Shown in pieces: positions 7,527-13,673 of a DNA stretch of 55,402 nt. Position numbers and translations under genes: made by a program. The stretch is taken from IMG/VR virus record IMGVR_UViG_3300045988_154458, positions 1 to 55,402 of that record; one strand, given 5' to 3'. This DNA comes from a virus. Below the pieces are notes generated by a model, which was not told the DNA's origin, searched no databases, and saw only the letters and a list, made by a program, of their open reading frames with translations. Each line of letters begins with the position of its first letter. The stretch's first letter is position 1.

Positions 7527-7828
7527 TATTTGAAAAATGAAATTTTATAAATAAATACATAAATAGTATTATAAAATTTTTGAAAATTAGTATCACTTTA
7601 TTAATTCGTTTTTGATATATAAACATATTTAAGCACATGTTTTAGGCGTTTATATATGAATTAATACAAATATACCAAGTCATATGAAAAAACCATGTAT
7701 AAGGCTAAAAACAGGCTTTAAAAAGGTGTGTATATATTAGATACTTAATATTATATACGTTTATATTGTTATTTTTACGCATTCTAAGACGTTTTTAATA
7801 AAATATGTATTATATATTAAATGATAAT

Positions 7829-7849
7829 AAAAAACGCCGTAACAGGCGT
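7829..7849 (-). terminator. Rho-independent terminator (second of two) for the 9910->7916 block
   Basis: Minus strand: ACGCC-TGTTAC-GGCGT followed by TTTTT. Confidence 0.5.
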
Positions 7850-7890
7850 CAAATAAGCATCAAATAGGCTTTATAATCATATAATAATAC

Positions 7891-7914
7891 AAAAAAAAGA
7901 CATTTTACATGTCT
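7891..7914 (-). terminator. Rho-independent terminator after 7916..8317
   Basis: Minus strand: AGACAT-GTAAA-ATGTCT followed by T8, starting 2 nt after the TAG stop. Confidence 0.7.
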
Positions 7915-7915
7915 T

Positions 7916-8317
7916 CTAATTCTTACTAGCGGCTGATATCACTATAACAAACGGTAAAAATAAAATTGTTATAAGTACCCAGAAAATACCCGATATAATG
8001 CTTTTATTATCGTTTTTTGCTTCTGTTTGATTCAATTGTCCCAGTTTTAGCGGTCTTGTGATTATGTATTCGTCAGGATTTTCTGGGAATATTTTATAAT
8101 ATGCTTTTAATTCTTGCATGTTTTCGGCCTCGTCTTCATATACAATATATGATTTTAGCGTTAACCCTCGCCATTCGTTGTGTAATTCAATTCTATTGTC
8201 TAAATTATAATAGAATTCTTTTAACTGTTCTAGTGATTTGAATTTTACCTCGTCAACAAGTTCATCGTTTCCTTTTGTCAATTCCATTTTAAAGTACATC
8301 AATAACACTTCCTTCAT
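7916..8317 (-). CDS. Hypothetical protein with C-terminal membrane anchor
   Basis: 133-aa ORF with C-terminal IISGIFWVLITILFLPFVIVISAA. ATG 8299 (AAGGAAG SD) is an alternative start. Confidence 0.55.
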   Translation of the reverse strand: MKEVLLMYFKMELTKGNDELVDEVKFKSLEQLKEFYYNLDNRIELHNEWRGLTLKSYIVYEDEAENMQELKAYYKIFPENPDEYIITRPLKLGQLNQTEAKNDNKSIISGIFWVLITILFLPFVIVISAASKN

Positions 8318-8594
8318 TGAAGTTTGTTATAGTTCTTTTAGTGGCTGTGTTTATTTCTTTTCTGTAAAATTTCCAATTGTACGGATCGGTTGTGTCTTGT
8401 ATTACTATTTCCTCAAATACAGATATACCTTTTTTGTTTTCAACGTAGTGTAACTCAGTGTTTGCCAATAGTGTTATTGCATCGTTTAAATTTGTGAAAA
8501 ATCGTTTTTCACTTGTTACAGTGTCAACGATTTCCATTTTTTTATTATAATAATTTACTTTTTTTGTATATTTTATTGGTTGAATTGATGTCAT
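8289..8594 (-). CDS. Hypothetical protein
   Basis: Track ORF runs to 8684. ATG 8594 follows GAGGCTAAATAAT and abuts the stop of 8596..8838. Confidence 0.55.
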   Translation of the reverse strand: MTSIQPIKYTKKVNYYNKKMEIVDTVTSEKRFFTNLNDAITLLANTELHYVENKKGISVFEEIVIQDTTDPYNWKFYRKEINTATKRTITNFNEGSVIDVL

Positions 8595-8595
8595 A

Positions 8596-8838
8596 TTATT
8601 TAGCCTCACTTTTTTGACAATCTTGTAATAATTCAATATATATGTTACAAATTGACATCGCATAATCACTTTTATATATATCAAATAAGTAGTTTATATC
8701 GTCGTATATAAAATCATAATTTGCCACACCGATTTTATATATAGGATCATTAATATTAATTTTTACTAATTCATGAGCTTTATTCATATTAATATTTTTT
8801 CTTAGTTCGTTAATAGTTGTTATATATCGTTCTTTCAT
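8596..8838 (-). CDS. Hypothetical protein (C-terminus ...SEAK)
   Basis: 80-aa ORF. Junction GAGGCTAAATAATATG is shared with its neighbours. Confidence 0.55.
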   Translation of the reverse strand: MKERYITTINELRKNINMNKAHELVKININDPIYKIGVANYDFIYDDINYLFDIYKSDYAMSICNIYIELLQDCQKSEAK

Positions 8839-8839
8839 A

Positions 8840-9148
8840 TTATTTAGCCTCGCTTTCTAATATTTCATTGAAATTATTTACATATTTACTATATGAATCA
8901 TTAAAATCTTCTTTAAACTTGGTTAACCTGTTGTCAAATAGCCTAATATCTTCTTTAAAATCTTTTAGCTTGTAATAGTGTAGATAATTTACAGATAGCC
9001 CACTATTTAAATCAATAATATCAAAATCATTAAATTCGTTTTTATATATTCCAAATAAATTAGTTTTTGTTTTAAGTATATAGCCTTTTACTTTAATAGC
9101 TTGTTTTTTATTATTTTTCATGACTAGTGTATAAAATTCTTTTTTCAT
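8840..9148 (-). CDS. Hypothetical protein (C-terminus ...SEAK)
   Basis: 102-aa ORF. Junction GAGGTAAAATAATATG lies upstream. Confidence 0.55.
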   Translation of the reverse strand: MKKEFYTLVMKNNKKQAIKVKGYILKTKTNLFGIYKNEFNDFDIIDLNSGLSVNYLHYYKLKDFKEDIRLFDNRLTKFKEDFNDSYSKYVNNFNEILESEAK

Positions 9149-9149
9149 A

Positions 9150-9377
9150 TTATTTTACCTCATTTCTTTTTATAATTTCATTTAGTTGTAATTCTGTTGT
9201 TATCAATGTATTAAAGCTTTTTTTATCGTCGTTTGTCTCTAAATTGTATTGAATATCATTGATTATTAAGTCTATTATGTTATGAGCTAATTTTAATTGC
9301 TCTAGCAATGTGAAATCATCTCTTATTTGAAAAGCTTCATTTAGTAATGTATCATCATTTATATATTGTTCTTTCAT
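9150..9377 (-). CDS. Hypothetical protein
   Basis: Track ORF runs to 9392. ATG 9377 follows GAGGTGTTATAAG and abuts the stop at 9379. Confidence 0.55.
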   Translation of the reverse strand: MKEQYINDDTLLNEAFQIRDDFTLLEQLKLAHNIIDLIINDIQYNLETNDDKKSFNTLITTELQLNEIIKRNEVK

Positions 9378-9378
9378 C

Positions 9379-9609
9379 TTATAACACCTCACTGACTTTA
9401 TTAAATGGTATTGCGTATAATTTACTTATTTCATCCATTTTATTATATTGTTTGCTTGGTACTAATAAGCTGATATATGTATTATAGTCATTGTTTTTTC
9501 TACCCTCAATATAGTATCCATTGAATTCTTTGTTATATCCTGTTATTTTTAAAGTATAATCATTTACTTTTATAGTATCGTTTACTTTTAATTCTTCAAA
9601 TTTTTTCAT
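9379..9609 (-). CDS. Hypothetical protein
   Basis: 76-aa ORF. First gene after promoter 9679..9707. Confidence 0.55.
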   Translation of the reverse strand: MKKFEELKVNDTIKVNDYTLKITGYNKEFNGYYIEGRKNNDYNTYISLLVPSKQYNKMDEISKLYAIPFNKVSEVL

Positions 9610-9678
9610 TTTCTTTTCCCTTTCGTCCGCTTTCGCGGTTGCTTTTTATACAAGAAGTATAACTTATTTTGTAATTTA

Positions 9679-9707
9679 ATTATATCATATTATTATGTAT
9701 TAGTCAA
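9679..9707 (-). promoter_or_regulatory. Sigma-70-type promoter, conserved early family (TTGACT-N17-TATAAT)
   Basis: Minus strand reads ATTGACTAATACATAATAATATGATATAAT. The -35 is at 9702-9707 and the -10 at 9679-9684. Confidence 0.6.
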
Positions 9708-9724
9708 TAGTTTTTTATTTTTTT

Positions 9725-9910
9725 TTAATATATTCCGTTTACCATTACTATTGTTGTATCATTACTACTTGTAGTACTTGTATTTTTTTCTATTTCTGTC
9801 ATTCTTATTTGCCATATTATTGCAAATATTGTTATAAAACATAAGCAAGCACTAAACAATAATACATCTTTTACCCATGATCTTAATTTTAATTTTTTTA
9901 CTTTTTTCAT
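9725..9910 (-). CDS. Small membrane protein
   Basis: 61 aa with the TM helix VLLFSACLCFITIFAIIWQI. GGAGGACAAA precedes ATG 9910. Confidence 0.55.
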   Translation of the reverse strand: MKKVKKLKLRSWVKDVLLFSACLCFITIFAIIWQIRMTEIEKNTSTTSSNDTTIVMVNGIY

Positions 9911-9937
9911 TTTGTCCTCCTTATTTATTACAATTAT

Positions 9938-9966
9938 AATATACCATATTATAACTTATTAGTCAA
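9938..9966 (-). promoter_or_regulatory. Sigma-70-type promoter, conserved early family
   Basis: Minus strand reads ATTGACTAATAAGTTATAATATGGTATATT. The -35 is at 9961-9966 and the -10 at 9938-9943. Confidence 0.6.
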
Positions 9967-9999
9967 TAGTTTTTATAAAATTTTTTTATTTTCTTTTTA

Positions 10000-10329
10000 G
10001 GGGGGGGGTGGTATACAATAGTAGTTATATACATATTATATATTATTAGTTATATACATATTATATATTATTAGTGTATAGCATGCCTATATATTGTTAT
10101 ATATGTATATATTAGTGTTGTTGTTGGTGTTATGATAATGTGTTAGCTATTGTTATATATGTATAGTGTTGATGTGTGTTGTCTTTTTTTATTATTAATT
10201 ATTTAATGATTGATCAATTGATTAATATTATTTAAAATATTTATATTATTTAAAACATTTATATTGGTTATTATGCCACTATATAACACTATCCCCCTCA
10301 CCCCTAGAGGTCTAGACGTGCCCCCCTGG
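10000..10329. repeat. Repeat-rich divergent control region bounded by a G9 tract and C-rich tracts
   Basis: G9TGG at 10000-10011. A 25-bp unit TAGTTATATACATATTATATATTAT occurs twice (10022-10046, 10047-10071) plus a partial copy. ATTGTTATATATGTATA occurs twice. ATTATTTAAAA(T/C)ATTTATATT occurs twice (10227-10247, 10245-10265). CCCCCTCACCCC is at 10293-10304 and CCCCCC at 10321-10326. Confidence 0.7.
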
Positions 10330-10369
10330 TTTTTTTAGGTCATCGAGTAAATTTTTTATAAAAAGACTA

Positions 10370-10398
10370 TTGACTAATAACTTATAATATGTTACACT
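10370..10398 (+). promoter_or_regulatory. Sigma-70-type promoter, same family, rightward (TTGACT-N17-TACACT)
   Basis: ACTATTGACTAATAACTTATAATATGTTACACT. The -35 is at 10370-10375 and the -10 at 10393-10398. Confidence 0.55.
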
Positions 10399-10425
10399 TA
10401 ATTCAAGAAAAGGAGATGAGATAAA

Positions 10426-10806
10426 ATGAATTATAAATCTTATGACAATTTGAAGGAAAAGTTATTATACAAAAGAATAACCTCTTTCACAGAAAATTCT
10501 TTAACACTAGAGGATGGGACTGTATTATCTATTGTAGAATCTGAACAAGATTGTTGTGCAAGTGCATACGGAACATTTAAAAACGTACAATTAGATGCTG
10601 TTATAACTGATGTTTCCAATCCAGAAATTGAGAATATACCAGATGAAGATACTACAATAAATACTGCAATTGTGACAATATACCATAATCAGAATCCAAT
10701 TGCCATTGCTGATTGTTATTCTGATGCGGGTAATGGTGGATATTATTATAGTGTATGTGCATTCAAAATAGATTGTGATTATTATAAAATTGTAAGTGCT
10801 GAATAG
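10426..10806 (+). CDS. Hypothetical protein
   Basis: 126-aa ORF. Translation-initiation region AAAGGAGATGAGATAAAATG, a motif reused at 10803 and 11133. Confidence 0.6.
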   Translation: MNYKSYDNLKEKLLYKRITSFTENSLTLEDGTVLSIVESEQDCCASAYGTFKNVQLDAVITDVSNPEIENIPDEDTTINTAIVTIYHNQNPIAIADCYSDAGNGGYYYSVCAFKIDCDYYKIVSAE

Positions 10807-10820
10807 GAGGATGAGATAAA

Positions 10821-11135
10821 ATGCATACTAGTATGATACAACCATCTAAATTAATAATGGTTGATGAAAATGGGAACGAATGTGAGTTATGTGGAACAAT
10901 TGAATTAGATGAATTAAATACAAATGATACATATGAAATAGACCCATATAAAAATACATCAATAACCAACTTATCAATGAACATAAACATCGATAAGTCA
11001 ATACCATTGACGAGAAAGAAGTTTATAAAGTTATTGATGTCGAAAGGTATTCAAAGAAATGGTGCCAATGAGATAGCAAAATATGTATTGAAAAAACATG
11101 GTAAATATACAATGGTTGATTTATTACTATGGTAG
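10821..11135 (+). CDS. Hypothetical protein
   Basis: 104-aa ORF. TAGGAGGATGAGATAAAATG. Confidence 0.6.
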   Translation: MHTSMIQPSKLIMVDENGNECELCGTIELDELNTNDTYEIDPYKNTSITNLSMNINIDKSIPLTRKKFIKLLMSKGIQRNGANEIAKYVLKKHGKYTMVDLLLW

Positions 11136-11148
11136 GAGGATGAGAATA

Positions 11149-11418
11149 ATGTTTATAAAAAAAAGTCAATATCTTGCATTAAACGACCACTTAGATGAAT
11201 TAGAAAAAGAAAACGAACAACTTGAAGAACAATTAAAACAAAAAAATATAAATAATCTTGTAGAATTACTAGATTCCGAAGAATATAGATATGTAATCTT
11301 AGTAAAAAACTATGTTCCAATTGTGTATAATAATGGAAGAATAGAAAAAGATGTGCGTTCAATAAAATTTGAAACACAATTGGGTAATATACCAATACTA
11401 ACAATAGAAAAACAATGA
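11149..11418 (+). CDS. Hypothetical coiled-coil protein
   Basis: Track ORF starts at 11098. ATG 11149 follows TAGGAGGATGAGAATA. Confidence 0.55.
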   Translation: MFIKKSQYLALNDHLDELEKENEQLEEQLKQKNINNLVELLDSEEYRYVILVKNYVPIVYNNGRIEKDVRSIKFETQLGNIPILTIEKQ

Positions 11419-11430
11419 GAGACGATAACA

Positions 11431-11850
11431 ATGAGACTATGGCATAAAGCACTAATTCCCTATTTACCCAAACAACAATTGTTGGGGCAGTGGAGGGAAT
11501 TAAATAGCATTTATAAACGGCAAAATAGGCATATGTTGATAAACTTTGTTTATGATTATAATCCCGTTATGTTGTATTATTATTCTAAATTAGTGATTAA
11601 TGAAATGGATAAACGGCATTATAATATCAATTTGAATAATTTTATCAAATATTTCAAAACTAAAGACATAAATACTGTATTATTCGGTCTTAAAGATGTT
11701 GAAATTAATATCAATGAAATATATAGAGATAAAATGAACGATAGGTATCTAAAACAAAATCTGTATAACTTGCAAGAGAAATATGATTGTGGGGGAATAT
11801 CACAAGATGATTGGGATGCGATATCCTTCGATTTTGATGAATTTTTTTAA
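11431..11850 (+). CDS. TIGR02328-like / pyrimidine-dimer DNA glycosylase (Pyr_excise)-related protein
   Basis: The N-terminus MRLWHKALIPYLPKQQLLGQWRE matches the recalled signature MRLWH..LI..LP..QLLGQ.RE of that family. Confidence 0.5.
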   Translation: MRLWHKALIPYLPKQQLLGQWRELNSIYKRQNRHMLINFVYDYNPVMLYYYSKLVINEMDKRHYNINLNNFIKYFKTKDINTVLFGLKDVEININEIYRDKMNDRYLKQNLYNLQEKYDCGGISQDDWDAISFDFDEFF

Positions 11851-11867
11851 TGAAGAGGTGATAATCT

Positions 11868-12134
11868 ATGAAAAAATTGAGTATAATGGGGTTGATCTTT
11901 GGAATGCTGTCAATCACAGGTTGTAGTGTTACTAATATAACACCGATAGACACAAATGGAAAAAATGACACTTATTATATGCAAGATAGTAGTATGTACG
12001 ATTTTTATGTTGATAAAGCTACGTGTGTTGAATATATACGTAGAGTTGGCAACGGAGGAGCAATGACGCCAAGATTAAATAGCGATGGAACACTATTGTT
12101 AAATGAGATATGTTTGAAGGAGAAGAATAAATAA
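11868..12134 (+). CDS. Lipoprotein (possible superinfection-exclusion type surface protein)
   Basis: Signal peptide MKKLSIMGLIFGMLSITGC with lipobox I-T-G-C. GAGGTGATAATCT precedes the ATG. Confidence 0.65.
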   Translation: MKKLSIMGLIFGMLSITGCSVTNITPIDTNGKNDTYYMQDSSMYDFYVDKATCVEYIRRVGNGGAMTPRLNSDGTLLLNEICLKEKNK

Positions 12135-12249
12135 TAAATTTTTTGAAAATGTTAATATTTTTGTTATTACTGGTACCTTATTCACCATCTGAAATAATAT
12201 TCTTTATTTATTCAATAATATCGAAACTATTTAATAAATAAATTAGTGG

Positions 12250-12278
12250 TTGACAAATAAAATAAATATGTTATATTA
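12250..12278 (+). promoter_or_regulatory. Sigma-70 promoter of the RNA locus (TTGACA-N16/17-TATATT, TGn)
   Basis: TTGACA at 12250-12255, then AATAAAATAAATATGT, then TATATT at 12272-12277. Confidence 0.6.
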
Positions 12279-12296
12279 ATATTGTCAATTAAATAT

Positions 12297-12367
12297 TCAG
12301 GTTAACATGTGATGACTGCATGTTGGATTTATATCCTAAAGGGGTAGTTCAATTCTAATAACCTGAA
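12297..12367 (+). ncRNA. tRNA-like cloverleaf with truncated anticodon arm (degenerate tRNA or tRNA mimic)
   Basis: A 7-bp acceptor-like stem pairs TCAGGTT (12297-12303) with AACCTGA (12360-12366). A 6-bp hairpin pairs AACATG with CATGTT (12304-12324). The GGAT-TTAT-ATCC hairpin (12325-12336) has only a 4-nt loop. A T-arm-like GGTAG-TTCAATT-CTAAT lies at 12343-12359. The element ends 7 nt upstream of tRNA-Trp. Confidence 0.45.
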
Positions 12368-12373
12368 TCAGAT

Positions 12374-12448
12374 GCACTTGTAGTTTAAAGGCAAAATAAC
12401 AGACTCCAAATCTGTAAGATCAGGGTTCAAATCCTTGCAAGTGTGCCA
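12374..12448 (+). tRNA. trnW: tRNA-Trp (anticodon CCA)
   Basis: Hand fold: acceptor GCACTTG/CAAGTGT (G1-U72), D stem GTTT/AAAT, anticodon arm ACAGA-CTCCAAA-TCTGT, variable loop AAGAT, T arm CAGGG-TTCAAAT-CCTTG, discriminator G, encoded CCA. Confidence 0.8.
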
Positions 12449-13083
12449 TGTAAATATTTAGTTTTTTGAAGTTAGTACATGCTATCTTTTATAGGTAGCT
12501 TAGAGTAGATATATTGGTGGAAACTTTGTTATCCGCCAACACTTAATGAAATCGAGTGCTTTTCAATATCTATTCTAAGGTACTTATAAAAAAGTACTAT
12601 TTGATTGCTAAGTTTTTTTGCACACAATCTTTAATAGGTTGTGTCTGATTATATGATAGATTGCAATCGAAATTATTTAGGATTAGCATAGAGAAGTGAG
12701 CAAAAGATACGTGTATCGCCATTTGACCGAGGAACTTATAAGACTAGTCAACATCATATAGTCAGACAGTATCTATTAAAGATACGAGTCAAATCGTCCA
12801 GTATGACTATAATAAACTGGAGTGTTTCACATACTTTATGTATGTGTTATTATGTACCTTTCTTACAAGGTTTTATCTCAGTATATAAGTGAGATTATAA
12901 AAACTGAGATGTCAATCGCAAAAGCGAGGAAAAAGCGTAAAGTCTTTTGTAAGGGCACTGTTGTTATAATTAAAGACTATTTATAGCGGGTATACACATC
13001 TATAAATACTCCAAATGACGGAGCCCTATTTTTCTTTAATTTAAAAATGTGGCTAGAAAACTTTAGAAGCTCTAGTTTTTTTT
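12449..13083 (+). ncRNA. Candidate large structured ncRNA (about 630 nt; ROOL/GOLLD-class candidate)
   Basis: No ORF of 60 aa or more on either strand. Lies downstream of promoter 12250 and tRNA-Trp, and ends at a hairpin plus T8 (13076-13083). Many hand-paired helices are listed in the findings. Confidence 0.5.
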
Positions 13084-13092
13084 CATATTATC

Positions 13093-13121
13093 TTGACAAA
13101 TGGTTTATAGTATGATATATT
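13093..13121 (+). promoter_or_regulatory. Sigma-70 promoter (TTGACA-N17-TGaTATATT)
   Basis: TTGACA at 13093-13098, 17-nt spacer, TATATT at 13116-13121 preceded by TGA. Confidence 0.6.
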
Positions 13122-13127
13122 TGATAT

Positions 13128-13290
13128 GTACTATCAAACATGTACAATTGAACTTAGTACCCTATATGTACACAGCTGAGTTCCAATTTCAATGGTAGTA
13201 AAAAACTACCATTTCATGCTTACTGTAGAATACCAACGTATATAGTTGAGCAGTGTGAATCTGCTAGTAAGCTTGTTTTATTTTTTTCAT
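13128..13290 (+). ncRNA. Candidate sRNA (about 160 nt)
   Basis: No ORF. A 9-bp hairpin pairs AATGGTAGT with ACTACCATT (13191-13213). A closing stem pairs GCTTACT (13218-13224) with AGTAAGC (13266-13272). An inner hairpin GCAG-TGTGAAT-CTGC is followed by TTGTTTTATTTTTTT. Confidence 0.45.
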
Positions 13291-13330
13291 CTCCAAATGA
13301 CGAAATATACAGTAATTTTCTTTTCGTATA

Positions 13331-13356
13331 TCAAGGTTTACAAGCCTTGATTTTTT
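13331..13356 (+). terminator. Rho-independent terminator
   Basis: TCAAGG (13331-13336) pairs with CCTTGA (13345-13350), followed by T6. Confidence 0.6.
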
Positions 13357-13359
13357 ATG

Positions 13360-13388
13360 TTGAATATATTATATAAATATGTTATAAT
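13360..13388 (+). promoter_or_regulatory. Promoter of the late/structural operon (TTGAAT-N17-TGtTATAAT)
   Basis: TTGAAT at 13360-13365, 17-nt spacer, TATAAT at 13383-13388 preceded by TGT. Confidence 0.55.
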
Positions 13389-13421
13389 AGTATTGATAAT
13401 ATAACTTTTGTGAGGAAATAT

Positions 13422-13661
13422 ATGGGATTGGTTTATGAAGATATGCTGTTTTATAATTATTATGAATTTTGTGGAAAAGGTGCTTATATAAAATCACGTT
13501 ATAACAAATTATCATTACATGATAAATATGTATATAAATTATATATATATTCAATAGATAATATTAAATATTATTTAAAAGATATGATTTGGGAATATTT
13601 AAACGAGCCTATTGGTAGTTGTTATTTCATGACGTTAGAAACATTATGGGCATATGTATAA
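13422..13661 (+). CDS. Hypothetical protein upstream of terL
   Basis: Track ORF starts at 13410 (GTG). ATG 13422 follows GAGGAAATAT. Confidence 0.5.
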   Translation: MGLVYEDMLFYNYYEFCGKGAYIKSRYNKLSLHDKYVYKLYIYSIDNIKYYLKDMIWEYLNEPIGSCYFMTLETLWAYV

Positions 13662-13673
13662 AAGGGTGATTAT

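Noticed and set aside
10763-11971. Minus-strand ORFs 10763..10990, 11153..11452 and 11711..11971 in the rightward block. Likewise 6857..7081, 13369..13554, 13770..14060, 17479..18314, 18902..19426, 19875..21022, 21318..21506, 22496..22708, 26269..26610, 27689..28450, 28966..29310, 29789..30019, 31063..31329, 34550..34741 and 35085..35279
   Set aside because: They are antisense to supported plus-strand genes and have no independent signals.
12481-12499. Hairpin GCTATC-TTTTATA-GGTAGC whose 7-nt loop would present a UUA anticodon. I considered it as an ochre suppressor tRNA that could explain the in-frame TAA in the helicase.
   Set aside because: No acceptor stem, D arm or T arm (no TTCRA loop) can be built around it at tRNA spacing, and position 37 is a pyrimidine. 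I treat it as one helix of the large RNA.
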